DNA of 63,820 nt, counting the filler. It is 6 parts of 6 records of this genome, joined end to end, with 100 filler letters (N's around TTAATTAATTAA, not from the genome) between each part and the next. Parts side by side here need not be neighbours in the genome. Positions count along the whole stretch, not along the records: positions 31,162 to 43,442 come from SRR31156797_4510; positions 43,543 to 52,435 come from SRR31156797_4524; 4 more parts are not named here. One strand, given 5' to 3'. Below are positions 38,149 through 48,665 of this stretch, piece after piece. The notes beneath the pieces are model-generated. The model searched no databases. It saw nothing but the letters and a program-made list of their open reading frames with translations, and was not told where the DNA came from. The translations under genes were made by a program, and so were the position numbers. Each line of letters starts with the position of its first letter. The first letter of the stretch is position 1.

Positions 38149-39687
38149 ATGCTCGATCTGCTTCTGAACGGTTTTATCAGTACGACGACACCCTGGAACC
38201 TGGCGGTTCTGTTGATCGGCACCACCCTGGGTATCCTCGTCGGGGCGTTGCCGGGCCTGAGTTCGCCGATGGCGATCATCGTTTTGCTGCCGATCACCTA
38301 CAAAATGGAAACCCTGCCGGCGATGCTGTTGATGATCGGCATCTATGTCGGGACCAAACTGGGCGGATCGTTTTCCGCCATTCTGTTGCGCACTCCTGGA
38401 ACCCCGGCCTCGGCCTGCACCGCGGTCGACGGATTTCCGATGGCGCAGAAGGGGAAGGCCGGACTGGCGCTGGGTTATGCGACCATGGGGTCGACGGCGG
38501 GCGGTATTTTCGGTTGGCTCATCGCCGTCACTTTCATTCCGATGATCTCGACCATCGCGATCAAATCGAGCAACGCCGACATCGCCCTGATCGGCACCGC
38601 CGGGCTCATCATGGTTTCGGCCTTCACCCGCGGGTCCATGGTCAAAGGTCTGATCTGCGTCATGATCGGCCTGTTGATCGGGACCGTCGGCATCGACCAA
38701 CAAGATGCCGCCGAACGCTATACCTTCGGCATGTATCAGCTGCTGTCGGGGGTTCCGTTCGCGGCGGCGCTGGTCGGTTTCTTCGGGTTCACGGTGGTCT
38801 TCAGCGACGTCAAGCTGATCGGCCGGCAATCCTATCTGACGTCGAACCTGGTCAATCAGGAACTGCCGACCTTCGGCGATCTGCTGACGCGATGGAAGTC
38901 GATCCTTATCGGCGGCATCTACGGTACCGGTATTGGAGCCGTTCCCGGAGTCGGCGCCGACGGCGCCACCTGGATGGCCTACGCGACCATGAAGAACCAG
39001 TCGAAAACGCCGGAACTGTACGGCACCGGCATTCCCGAAGGGGTCCTGACCCCGGAGGCCGCCAACAACGCCACCACCGGTGGAACCATGGTGCCGATGC
39101 TGACCCTGGGCATTCCCGGCGATGCCTCGACCGCGGTCATGCTCGGCGCCATGCTGCTGCACGGATTGCGGCCCGGCGTGACGCTGATGACGGAAAGCGG
39201 CGATCTGGTTTACGGCATGCTGGCCGGGCTTCTGATCGCCACGGTCTTCATGTTCGTGGTTTCGTGGAAGGCGATCCGCTGGTTCATTTTCGTCCTTCAG
39301 CGCGACCGTTCCTGGCTGTTCCCGTTCATTCTGGTTCTGGCCACCGTTGGCGCCTTCGCCAGCACCAACGATTATTTTTCGGTCTATGTCGCGATCGGAC
39401 TGGGGCTGTTCGGATACTTTCTCGAAAACCGCGGGTTCCCGGTCGTCTGCATCGTGCTCGGCGTCATCCTCGGGCCGATCATCGAATACAACATGCGGGT
39501 TGCCCTGGCGCTGTCCGACGGCGACTGGCTGACCTTCGTCGGTACCTGGCCGCGTGTGGTCATGGTCGGAATCATCGTCCTTCTCGTCATCAACGAAGTG
39601 GTCAAGGCGATCAAGCGCGTATCCGCTGAATCGGCGGCGGATCTAATTCGAGAGAAGAATGCAAACCAAGAGGCAAAGGAGACGTGA
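38149..39687 (+). CDS. TTT transporter large subunit (TctA)
   Basis: GALPGL, GGSFSAILLRTPGT and PEAANNA...PMLTLGIPG. Confidence 0.9.
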   Translation: MLDLLLNGFISTTTPWNLAVLLIGTTLGILVGALPGLSSPMAIIVLLPITYKMETLPAMLLMIGIYVGTKLGGSFSAILLRTPGTPASACTAVDGFPMAQKGKAGLALGYATMGSTAGGIFGWLIAVTFIPMISTIAIKSSNADIALIGTAGLIMVSAFTRGSMVKGLICVMIGLLIGTVGIDQQDAAERYTFGMYQLLSGVPFAAALVGFFGFTVVFSDVKLIGRQSYLTSNLVNQELPTFGDLLTRWKSILIGGIYGTGIGAVPGVGADGATWMAYATMKNQSKTPELYGTGIPEGVLTPEAANNATTGGTMVPMLTLGIPGDASTAVMLGAMLLHGLRPGVTLMTESGDLVYGMLAGLLIATVFMFVVSWKAIRWFIFVLQRDRSWLFPFILVLATVGAFASTNDYFSVYVAIGLGLFGYFLENRGFPVVCIVLGVILGPIIEYNMRVALALSDGDWLTFVGTWPRVVMVGIIVLLVINEVVKAIKRVSAESAADLIREKNANQEAKET

Positions 39688-39688
39688 A

Positions 39689-40672
39689 ATGAGGACAACG
39701 ACCAGAAAACTGGTTTTGGGATTGGCGGCGGCGGTAACGGCATCCCTGGTCATGGGGCTCGGCGGACCTTCGCAGGCGGCCTTTCCCGAAAAGAGCATTC
39801 GTCTGATCGTACCCTACAAGGCGGGCGGCGGCACCGACTCGATCGCACGCGGCATCGCCACCGCCATCGAGGCGGAAATCGACCAGGCCGTCGTCGTCAC
39901 CAACATCACCGGCGGCAGCGGCGCAACCGGGATGATCAGCGCCATCAAATCCGATCCCGACGGTTATACCGTCCTGTTCACGGGGTCGAGCGACCTGAAC
40001 ACCCTGTTGGTGTTCAAGAGCATGTCGTTCGGGCTTGATTCGTTCCAGTACGTCGGCGGCGTCTACGAAACTCCGACCTGGATCCTGTCGCACAAGGATC
40101 GCGGCCTGACCAACCTCGGCCAGATCATTGATGCCGCGAAAGCGGCGCCGAACAAGGTCACCGTCGGTGTCGGCGGCAAGGCCAGCGCCCACTACACCAT
40201 GGCAAAGGCGATCATCGGCATCACCGACGCCCCGATCCGGGTCATCGCTTTTGACGGTGGTGCCTCGCTGAAGAAGGCGTTGATTGCCAACGAAGTCAAC
40301 TTCGGCATCATACATTCGCCGGTTCTGTTGAACGAAGTCAGGGCCGGTCTACTCAACGTCGTCGGTACCGGCGGCGGCCTCGGCGGCATCAGCTATGAGC
40401 CGGTTCGCGGCACCAAGACACTGCGCCAGTACGACATCCCGATCGACATCGGCATTACCCGCGGCCTGTTCTTGCCGAAGGATACGCCGCAGGAGACCGT
40501 TGACGCCTTCTCGGCCATCCTCGAAAAGGCGACCAACAATGCGACGTTCGCAGATTTCGGGGCGAAGTTCGGCTTCGCGCCGAAGTGGGTTTCGGGACCC
40601 GATTTCAGGCAACTTCTGCTCGACGAGCAAAAGACCTATCGCGACATCAAGGCCAACTACATCGACAAATAA
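39689..40672 (+). CDS. TTT transporter substrate-binding protein (TctC/Bug)
   Basis: FPEKSIRLIVPYKAGGGTDSIAR and PDGYT; RBS AAGGAG. Confidence 0.88.
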   Translation: MRTTTRKLVLGLAAAVTASLVMGLGGPSQAAFPEKSIRLIVPYKAGGGTDSIARGIATAIEAEIDQAVVVTNITGGSGATGMISAIKSDPDGYTVLFTGSSDLNTLLVFKSMSFGLDSFQYVGGVYETPTWILSHKDRGLTNLGQIIDAAKAAPNKVTVGVGGKASAHYTMAKAIIGITDAPIRVIAFDGGASLKKALIANEVNFGIIHSPVLLNEVRAGLLNVVGTGGGLGGISYEPVRGTKTLRQYDIPIDIGITRGLFLPKDTPQETVDAFSAILEKATNNATFADFGAKFGFAPKWVSGPDFRQLLLDEQKTYRDIKANYIDK

Positions 40673-40695
40673 GCCAAAGGGCGGTTTTGGCGACT

Positions 40696-40724
40696 GCGGA
40701 GGGCCGTTTGCCCTCCGCTTTTTT
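40696..40724 (+). terminator. Rho-independent terminator
   Basis: gcggagggc-cgttt-gccctccgc followed by T6. Confidence 0.75.
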
Positions 40725-41004
40725 TATCCGGAGTGGCGGCCCGTGCAAATCCCCGATGTGCCGGGCGTGGCGCCGGGTGGCGGCGCGATTTTCTATCGAA
40801 GCTGTTTTTTCGGGACGCCGTTGGAAAACCCCCGTGCACCGAAAGGTACACGGGGGCCGAGGCCGTCGTGGTGCAACAACAACCCCATAGTGGAGCAATT
40901 CAATTGCCCCGCCGGGAATTGTGTACCCCTAGCGGCCGTAGGGTCAAGCGATCGGCGGGACTCATTTTCCGGGAATGAACAAAAATTAATCAGCAAGTAA
41001 TTCA

Positions 41005-41146
41005 TGCATATTTATTGTGCATACTTGCGGTTGATATGCATTCCAAAGTCGACCGACCGATCCTGCCGCTTCGCCAATAACCGACTGAAATAATTGGGTA
41101 AATTATTTGTCCTGGGTCAGATCCTCCGGTTGGTCCGCATCTTGCT
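41005..41146 (+). promoter_or_regulatory. NtrC-like site and sigma54 promoter of the urt genes
   Basis: TGCA-N9-TGCA (41005-41021); tTGGtccgcatcttGCt (41130-41146). Confidence 0.6.
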
Positions 41147-41189
41147 ACGGTCGGCATGGTGCAACAACGTTCATAGTGGAGGGTTAGCA

Positions 41190-42476
41190 ATGAAGAGAAC
41201 CATTCGTGCAATGGTTGGGGCAGGCGCGTTGGCGGCGGTTACGGTCGCCGGTGGAGCCGCCCTGGCCGCCGGGGACACAATCAAAGTCGGGGTGCTGCAT
41301 TCGCTGTCGGGCACCATGGCGATCAGCGAAACGACGCTGAAAGATACGATGCTGATGCTCATTGACGACCTCAATGAGAAGGGTGGACTTCTCGGCAAAA
41401 AGGTCGAGGCCGTCGTCGTCGATCCGGCATCCAACTGGCCGCTGTTTGCGGAAAAGGCCCGCGAACTGATCGAAAAGGACGAGGTCGCGGCGGTGTTCGG
41501 CTGCTGGACCTCGGTGTCGCGCAAATCGGTCCTGCCGGTATTCGAGGAACTGAACGGATTGCTGTTCTATCCGGTCCAGTACGAAGGCGAGGAATCGTCG
41601 CGCAACGTGTTCTACACGGGTGCCGCGCCGAACCAGCAGGCGATCCCGGCCGTCGACTATCTGGCCAGCGAGGACGGCGGCGGCGCCGAGCGCTGGGTGC
41701 TCTTGGGTACCGACTACGTCTATCCGCGGACGACCAACAAGATCCTGCGCGCGTACTTGCATTCGAAGGGCGTGTCCGACGACGACATCATGGAGAACTA
41801 TACGCCGTTCGGTCATTCCGACTGGCAGACCATCGTCGGCGACGTCAAGAAATTCGCGTCTGCCGGCAAACGCACGGCGGTGGTTTCGACCATCAACGGC
41901 GATGCCAACGTGCCGTTCTACAAGGAACTGGGCAACCAGGGCATCAAGGCCGAGGACATTCCGGTCGTTGCCTTCTCGGTCGGCGAAGAGGAACTGGCCG
42001 GTCTCGATACCGGGCCGCTGGTCGGGCATCTCGCCGCCTGGAACTATTTCATGAGCGTCGAAAGCGACGAGAATTCCGCCTTCATCGAAAAGTGGCACGC
42101 CTTCATCAAGGATGAAAAGCGCGTCACCAACGACCCGATGGAAGCGCATTACATCGGCTTCAACATGTGGGTGCAGGCGGTCAAGCAGGCCGGTTCCACC
42201 GACGTCGACGCGGTCCGCCAGGCCATGTACGGCCAGCGTGTCAAGAACCTGACCGGCGGTGTCGCCGTGATGAACGTCAACCATCACCTTTCGAAGCCCG
42301 TTCTCATCGGCGAAATCCAGGCCGACGGACAATTCGACGTGGTCTGGAACACCGACGACGTGGTGATCGGCGACGCCTGGTCGGACTTCATCACAGAAAG
42401 CTCGAAACTGACCGCCGACTGGACCTTCCCTTGGGTCTGCGGCAACTGTGAAAAACCCAACTACGCCGTCAACTAA
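41190..42476 (+). CDS. urtA: Urea ABC transporter substrate-binding protein
   Basis: IKVGVLHSLSGTMAISE, FGCWTSVSRK, YPVQYEG and DYVYPRTTN; ATG at 41190 after GGAGG. Confidence 0.92.
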   Translation: MKRTIRAMVGAGALAAVTVAGGAALAAGDTIKVGVLHSLSGTMAISETTLKDTMLMLIDDLNEKGGLLGKKVEAVVVDPASNWPLFAEKARELIEKDEVAAVFGCWTSVSRKSVLPVFEELNGLLFYPVQYEGEESSRNVFYTGAAPNQQAIPAVDYLASEDGGGAERWVLLGTDYVYPRTTNKILRAYLHSKGVSDDDIMENYTPFGHSDWQTIVGDVKKFASAGKRTAVVSTINGDANVPFYKELGNQGIKAEDIPVVAFSVGEEELAGLDTGPLVGHLAAWNYFMSVESDENSAFIEKWHAFIKDEKRVTNDPMEAHYIGFNMWVQAVKQAGSTDVDAVRQAMYGQRVKNLTGGVAVMNVNHHLSKPVLIGEIQADGQFDVVWNTDDVVIGDAWSDFITESSKLTADWTFPWVCGNCEKPNYAVN

Positions 42477-42596
42477 CCCAACAGACGACGGTATTCACCC
42501 GCCGGGGCGGTTTCATCCCTGGGCCGTCCCGGCGGGCAAGATTTCACAAAGCATCTTCCGCGTTTTTCAGTCCTTTCCCAAGGATCCGAGGTTCCG

Positions 42597-43442
42597 ATGT
42601 TCCATCGCATTCGCACGGTACTTGTGGCGATCCTTCTGGCCGCAGGTGCCGTCGTTTTGTCGGCGCCGGTTTCGGCGGCCGGTTTCGAAGACGCCGTTGC
42701 CGCCCTGGGCGAAAAAAGCTTCAAGAAAAAGGTGGCGGCGGTCGAGGATCTGGGCGCCAGCGGCGATGCCCGCGCCGAGACGGTCCTGAAGGTTCTGCTC
42801 GACGGCAAACTCAATATTCACAAAGATACAAAGACGGTGGTCATTGCCGAAAAGAAAGGCAGCGTCTATCTGCTGACAGACCCCATCGAGGGCGGCGCAC
42901 TCGGCGAGGCGGCGAAAAAGGACCTGTCGCGAATCAAGGTCAACAACCGGATGCGTGGTGCCATTCGTGGCGCCTTGGGGGCGTTGACTCTGTTCAATCC
43001 CGGCCCGGAAATCCGAGGTGAGGCCGCCGATGCCGTGTTCAAGACCCGCTCGGCCGAGATGGCTCCGCTGCTGGAAAAAGCCCTGGCGCGGGAAACCGAC
43101 GATGCGGTCAAGCGCCGCATGGAAAGATCCCTGGCCGCGGTCCAGGCGCTGAATTCGAAGGACATACCGGTTCGCCTCGCCGCCATATCGGTTTTGGGCG
43201 AGTTCGCCGATCCCGACGTCCGGGCGCTGCTTGGGCAACTGGCCGACGGTGACGGCGAGGTTGCCGGGGCAGCCGCGACGGTGCTGGCCAAGATCGAAGA
43301 GAATTTGGCCTTTTGGAATGCGATCGGCAGCATCTTCCAGGGCGTCAGCCTGGGTTCGGTGTTGCTGCTGGCGGCTGTCGGCCTGGCCATCACCTTCGGG
43401 GTGATGGGGGTGATCAACATGGCCCATGGCGAGTTGGTCATG
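42597..43442 (+). CDS. urtB: Urea ABC transporter permease (3'-truncated)
   Basis: NNRMRGAI, helical periplasmic domain and [22 protein letters not shown]. Confidence 0.88.
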
Positions 43443-43542
43443 NNNNNNNNNNNNNNNNNNNNNNNNNNNNNNNNNNNNNNNNNNNNTTAATTAATTAANN
43501 NNNNNNNNNNNNNNNNNNNNNNNNNNNNNNNNNNNNNNNNNN
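43443..43542. other. Artificial contig spacer
   Basis: N-run with TTAATTAATTAA. Confidence 0.99.
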
Positions 43543-43543
43543 A

Positions 43544-43879
43544 ATGGTGTTTACCAATGTGTTTAATCCCAGAAGCCATGTTCCCCGGATGAACGAATTG
43601 CGAGATACGCTTGTAAGGGAAGGTGCCACTCTGGGTGCCAATTGTACCATTCTGTGCGGCCATACCATCGGACGGTTTGCGTTTGTGGGCGCGGGCTCAG
43701 TGGTGCTCCATAATGTTCCGGATTTTGCTTTGGTAGCGGGAAATCCCGCAAAATTCAAGGGATGGATGTGCCGCTGTGGTGTCCGTATCCATTTCCATGG
43801 GGAGAGTACCAAGTGTGAGGCATGCGGTGCCGAATATATGATAAAGGAAGGGGTGGTTTCCCAAGGGCCACCCGTTTGA
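43544..43879 (+). CDS. Hexapeptide N-acetyltransferase, WbpD-like (5'-truncated)
   Basis: VFTNVFNPRS, GATLGANCTILCG, GNPA..GWMCRCG and C-terminal CxxC. Confidence 0.8.
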   Translation: MVFTNVFNPRSHVPRMNELRDTLVREGATLGANCTILCGHTIGRFAFVGAGSVVLHNVPDFALVAGNPAKFKGWMCRCGVRIHFHGESTKCEACGAEYMIKEGVVSQGPPV

Positions 43880-43924
43880 GAGAGCCATATGGATTATTTG
43901 GGGTGTGAAATACGAAATCCGTAA

Positions 43925-44944
43925 ATGGTAAAAGGGAGGTTTTTCTTGGATATCAGAGGAAAGAAAATATTGGTCGTTGGTGGTGCCGGACTTATCGGTT
44001 CACACGTGGTTGAAGAGCTATTGAAGGAAGATGTGGCGGAGGTGATCATATTCGACAATTTTTGCAGGGGGCGTATTGAAAACCTGGAGGAAGTCCTGAA
44101 GGATCCCCGTTGCCGTATCTTTGAAATCGGTGGTGATATGTTGCAGACGGATATCCTCCATGCCGCCATGAAAGATGTGCAAGGGGTTGTCCATCTTGCG
44201 GCCCTGTGGCTGTTGCAGTGTCACGAGTACCCCCGGGCAGCCTTTGATGTGAATATCCGGGGGACATTCAATGTTCTTGAGGCCTGCGTGAAGAATAAGA
44301 TTGAGCGCCTGGTCTATTCCTCTTCCGCGTCGGTTTACGGTGATGCCGTGGAAGAACCCATGACGGAAAATCATCCCTATAATAACTGGACCTTTTACGG
44401 CGCCACCAAAATTGCGGGTGAACACATGATGAAGGCCTATCACAAACGATACGGGTTAAATGGCGTCGGATTGAGATATATGAATGTCTATGGACCCCGC
44501 CAGGACTATAAAGGGACTTATATCGCCGTCATGATGAAGATTCTCGATAACCTGGACAAAGGGCTTTCCCCGGTTGTTTATGGAGACGGCAGTCAGGCCT
44601 ATGATTTCATCTATGTAAGAGATACGGCACGGGCCAATGTATGCGCGCTGAAGAGTGATGTTCCTTTCGGTTTTTACAATGTGGGGAGGGGAATCAAAAC
44701 ATCCATCAAGGAATTGACGGAATTGATATTGAAGATTGCCGGATCAAAACTGCCCGTTGAATATGCGCCGGCCGGCCAGACATTCGTCACCAATCGTGTG
44801 GGTGATCCCAAAGCCGCCCGGGTTGATCTCGGTTTCACATGGGAAGTTGAACTGGAAGATGGCTTGAAAAGACTCATTGAATGGCGCAAGTCACATCTCA
44901 AGCAGGCGGAAAAACCGCGGGCACAAAAAGTCCCCGGAGCTTAG
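43925..44944 (+). CDS. NAD-dependent epimerase/dehydratase
   Basis: GGAGLIGSH, SSSASVYG, YGATK and RYMNVYGP. Confidence 0.9.
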   Translation: MVKGRFFLDIRGKKILVVGGAGLIGSHVVEELLKEDVAEVIIFDNFCRGRIENLEEVLKDPRCRIFEIGGDMLQTDILHAAMKDVQGVVHLAALWLLQCHEYPRAAFDVNIRGTFNVLEACVKNKIERLVYSSSASVYGDAVEEPMTENHPYNNWTFYGATKIAGEHMMKAYHKRYGLNGVGLRYMNVYGPRQDYKGTYIAVMMKILDNLDKGLSPVVYGDGSQAYDFIYVRDTARANVCALKSDVPFGFYNVGRGIKTSIKELTELILKIAGSKLPVEYAPAGQTFVTNRVGDPKAARVDLGFTWEVELEDGLKRLIEWRKSHLKQAEKPRAQKVPGA

Positions 44945-44946
44945 CC

Positions 44947-46053
44947 ATGAAAAAAATACCCTTGATTAAACCTTATATTACTGAAGAGCTGAAGGCAAAG
45001 GTGTGCGAGGTTCTGGATGGCGGTTATCTGACGGAGGGTCCCGTGACCCGGGATTTTGAAGAGAAATTCAAAGACTATATCGGATGCCCCCATGCTCTGG
45101 CCGTGACGTCATGTACCACGGGCCTTGAAATGGCCCTGCGGGCCTTGGGTATCGGGTCCGGAGATGAGGTGATTGTCCCGGATTATACCTATCCCGCCAC
45201 CGCGGACGTTGTTAACATTGTCGGGGCCAAAATCGTGATTGTGGATGTATCCAGGGATACCATGCTCATCGATTACGAAAAAATGGAAAAAGCCATAACA
45301 AGCCGCACCAAAGCAATTATCCCGGTTTCCGGCTTCGGTAACCCACTCGATTATGATCGACTTGCCCCCATTAAAGAAAAATACGGGGTGTATCTCATAG
45401 AAGATGCGGCGTGTTCCATGGGTGCTGAGTACAAAGGCATGAAGGTGGGCAACCAGGCCGATATTTCGGTTTTCAGCTTGCATCCCAGGAAGTTTATCAC
45501 GACCGGGGAAGGGGGCATGATTACCACCGCCAATGGTGGATGGGCCGATTGGATGATGTCCTACAAACATTTCGGGATGAAGGTAGAGGGGTCCCGCCTG
45601 ACAAACCGTTTTGAACGGGTGGGTTCAAATTACAAACTGAGCAATCTCCTGGCTGCGGTGGGCATGGCTCAGATGCAACATATCCATGCGCTTCTGGATC
45701 GCCGCCTGGCACTTTCCGAAAACTATTTGGCCCTTCTGAAGGATCATCCGGAAATAATCATTCCTGAAACCACCGAGCACGGAAAACACTCTCGCCAGTC
45801 ATTCTGTATCTACGTGAGGGGTCGGGATGAGGTGATACCCAAAATGGCCGATCTGGGTATTGAGGTCCAGATCGGCACCTATGCGCTCCATTTACATCCG
45901 GCCTTCGCGCCCAGTGACCACTGCAGAATATTCGGGGCGTTACCCGAGAGTCTTTATGCCTTTGAACATTGCCTGACACTACCCCTTTACCACGAAATGA
46001 CGGAAGATGATCAGGCGTACGTGGTTGAAAATCTCTTACAAAACCTTCCATAG
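44947..46053 (+). CDS. DegT/DnrJ/EryC1/StrS sugar aminotransferase
   Basis: SCTTGL, IEDAACSMG and FSLHPRKFITTGEGG. Confidence 0.9.
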   Translation: MKKIPLIKPYITEELKAKVCEVLDGGYLTEGPVTRDFEEKFKDYIGCPHALAVTSCTTGLEMALRALGIGSGDEVIVPDYTYPATADVVNIVGAKIVIVDVSRDTMLIDYEKMEKAITSRTKAIIPVSGFGNPLDYDRLAPIKEKYGVYLIEDAACSMGAEYKGMKVGNQADISVFSLHPRKFITTGEGGMITTANGGWADWMMSYKHFGMKVEGSRLTNRFERVGSNYKLSNLLAAVGMAQMQHIHALLDRRLALSENYLALLKDHPEIIIPETTEHGKHSRQSFCIYVRGRDEVIPKMADLGIEVQIGTYALHLHPAFAPSDHCRIFGALPESLYAFEHCLTLPLYHEMTEDDQAYVVENLLQNLP

Positions 46054-46083
46054 GGGCGGGAACTTTCGCAGTAAGGTTAATCC

Positions 46084-47973
46084 ATGTGTGGCATCTGCGG
46101 CATTTTTAATATGAACGGTGAGCCGGTTTCATCCGTGATCCTGCGACGGATGACCGATGCAATAGCCCACCGGGGGCCGGATGGAGAGGGGTTTTATACG
46201 GACAGCTTCATCGGCCTGGGGCACCGCCGGCTCGCGATTATTGATCTAACGCCGGCCGGTCACCAACCCATGGTGACCCGTGATGGTCAATTTGCCATTT
46301 CCTACAACGGTGAGGTCTATAACTTCCAGGAGATTCGCGCGCAATTACAGAGCCTGGGGCATCAGTTTCATTCCCGATCGGATTCCGAGGTTGTTTTGTA
46401 TGCCTACAGCCAGTGGGGACCGCGGTGTGTGGAACGCTTTAACGGCATGTTTGCCTTCGCCATCTGGGATCAGAAACGCCAGGAACTGTTCCTGGCGCGG
46501 GATCGTTACGGCATCAAGCCCCTCTATTATACATTCGCAGGGTCTACGCTCCTCTTTGCCTCGGAACAAAAGGCGATTTTGAGCCATGAAGCCGTCTGCC
46601 ATGACATTGATCTGGAAGCGCTTTTAGAATATTTCACGTTTCAGAATATCTTTACGGACAAAACACTTCTGAAGGGGGTGAAACTCTTTCCGTCGGGATC
46701 TTTTGCCCGAATCTCTCTAGGGGCAAGAACCCAGGCACTTTCCCCCACCCGATATTGGGACTTCAATTTTCGTGAACCTGACAACCCGGCAGGTGAACAG
46801 GATTATATGGAAGAATTGGACAGGCTATTCCGTCAGGCGGTTAATCGCCAGCTTGTCAGCGATGTGGACGTGGGCGCCTATCTGAGTGGTGGGATGGATT
46901 CCGGTTCCATCACGGCCGTTGCCGCAAAACAACTCCCCTATATCAAATCCTTTACCTGTGGCTTTGACCTCCATTCGGCTTCCGGGTTGGAGCTGGGCTT
47001 TGACGAAAGGGAAGAATCGGAGTTCATGAGCTACCTGTTCAAGACGGAACACTACGAAATGGTGCTGAAGGCAGGGGATATGGAAAGAGTTCTTCCGGCG
47101 CTCGCCTGGCACATGGAAGAGCCCAGGGTCGGTCAAAGTTATCCCAATTATTATGTGGCGCAGCTCGCGAGCAAGTTCGTAAAAGTTGTCCTTTCGGGGA
47201 CCGGCGGGGATGAATTGTTCGGTGGTTATCCGTGGCGGTATTACCGGAGTGTCGTTAATGACGGTTTTGAAGATTATATTGACAAGTATTATCTCTTCTG
47301 GCAGCGCCTGATCGCCAACAGGTCGATTCAGACCGTTTTCAAACCTGTCTGGCCTGACGTAAAACATGTGTGGACACGAGACATTTTCAGGGATGTCTTT
47401 CAGTTTCGTGACATTGAACTTTCACGCCCCGAGGATTATGTAAACCACTCTCTCTACTTTGAAGCCAAGACCTTTCTGCACGGTCTTCTCATTGTGGAGG
47501 ACAAGCTCTCCATGGCCCACAGCCTTGAAACCCGTGTTCCTTTTCTCGACAATGATCTTGTGGATTTTGCGGTTCAGGTTCCGGTGGGCCTGAAACTGGG
47601 AAACCTCAACCGGGTTGTCCGTCTCAACGAAAATGAACCGGGCGCAAAACCGGAGAAATATTTTCAGAAAACAAAAGATGGAAAACTGCTTCTGAGGCAA
47701 GTGATGCGTCGTTACATCCCCGATCAGATTACCCATGGTATTAAACAGGGTTTTTCAGCCCCGGATGCTTCATGGTTCAAGGGGGACAGCATTGACTATG
47801 TAAGAAGGTATCTGTTTGATCGACGCGCCCTGATCTATGACTATCTCGACAGGGACGCAGTGCAATCACTGGTGGAAGAGCATTTTCAAGGAAAAGCAAA
47901 CAGGCGGCTTTTTATTTGGTCACTCCTGAGTTTTGAGTTGTGGTGCCAGCGCTTCCTGGAGGGTTCCCCATGA
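46084..47973 (+). CDS. asnB: Asparagine-synthase-type amidotransferase (polysaccharide-associated)
   Basis: MCGICG, HRGPDG, YNGEVYN, LSGGMDS and SGTGGDELFGGY. Confidence 0.88.
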   Translation: MCGICGIFNMNGEPVSSVILRRMTDAIAHRGPDGEGFYTDSFIGLGHRRLAIIDLTPAGHQPMVTRDGQFAISYNGEVYNFQEIRAQLQSLGHQFHSRSDSEVVLYAYSQWGPRCVERFNGMFAFAIWDQKRQELFLARDRYGIKPLYYTFAGSTLLFASEQKAILSHEAVCHDIDLEALLEYFTFQNIFTDKTLLKGVKLFPSGSFARISLGARTQALSPTRYWDFNFREPDNPAGEQDYMEELDRLFRQAVNRQLVSDVDVGAYLSGGMDSGSITAVAAKQLPYIKSFTCGFDLHSASGLELGFDEREESEFMSYLFKTEHYEMVLKAGDMERVLPALAWHMEEPRVGQSYPNYYVAQLASKFVKVVLSGTGGDELFGGYPWRYYRSVVNDGFEDYIDKYYLFWQRLIANRSIQTVFKPVWPDVKHVWTRDIFRDVFQFRDIELSRPEDYVNHSLYFEAKTFLHGLLIVEDKLSMAHSLETRVPFLDNDLVDFAVQVPVGLKLGNLNRVVRLNENEPGAKPEKYFQKTKDGKLLLRQVMRRYIPDQITHGIKQGFSAPDASWFKGDSIDYVRRYLFDRRALIYDYLDRDAVQSLVEEHFQGKANRRLFIWSLLSFELWCQRFLEGSP

Positions 47974-47986
47974 GGGGATATGACGG

Positions 47987-48553
47987 ATGAATCGTTCGGA
48001 TTTGTTGAGAAAGTCCATCCTTGAGTTGTACAAATGGCTCCGCAAAGGCATGCGGCAGAAATGGATGAGGGATTTACCTTTTGAGGAAATGCTGTTTGAC
48101 CGGTGGGAACGGGCCGGAAGTCTTGGCTTTGATGAAGGTTCCAGCATTTATCACAATAGTTACGTTTACGCTGATGTGACGGTGGGAAAGAACACATGGA
48201 TAGGCCCATACACAATTCTGGATGGTTCGGGAGGTTTGACCATCGGGGACAGTTGCAGCATCAGCGCCGGTGTCCACATCTATACCCATGATACGGTGAG
48301 GTGGGCTCTTTCGGGCGGAAAAGCGGAATATGAGCGGGCACCGGTCAGTATCGGAAATTGTTGCCATATCGGCGCCAAAACAGTTATCGCTAAAGGTGTA
48401 ACCATAGGGCATCATTGTGTAATCGGTGCGTGTTCGTTTGTTAAGGGAAATATTGAGCCTTATACCATTGCGGTTGGAACACCGTGCAAACCCGTAGGCG
48501 TCGTGAACATTGGGGATGACGGAAACATTGCATTTCTTTTTAATCGTAATTAG
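47987..48553 (+). CDS. Hexapeptide-repeat acyltransferase
   Basis: VGKNTWIG, IGDSCSISAG and IGNCCHIG repeats. Confidence 0.85.
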   Translation: MNRSDLLRKSILELYKWLRKGMRQKWMRDLPFEEMLFDRWERAGSLGFDEGSSIYHNSYVYADVTVGKNTWIGPYTILDGSGGLTIGDSCSISAGVHIYTHDTVRWALSGGKAEYERAPVSIGNCCHIGAKTVIAKGVTIGHHCVIGACSFVKGNIEPYTIAVGTPCKPVGVVNIGDDGNIAFLFNRN

Positions 48554-48665
48554 AATGCGGGGAAACGTTTTTTTAAACGAAAATTAGGAGTTGACCCTGT
48601 GCCTTGGCGGCATTTAGCGGGTGTGGAACCTAATTGACCTGACAAAAAGAGAATGAGGGGGGATA

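Noticed and set aside
40725-41000. GC-rich hairpins upstream of urtA (e.g. ccccgtgcaccgaaaggtacacgggg) as a riboswitch
   Set aside because: They lie upstream of the predicted sigma54 promoter and match no riboswitch I recognise; an Rfam scan would be needed.
32910-43441. Many long overlapping or antisense ORFs (e.g. 33732-34814, 34969-36216, 36026-37279, 38514-39629, 41184-42332)
   Set aside because: Shadow frames expected in high-GC coding DNA; the primary frames carry clear family motifs.
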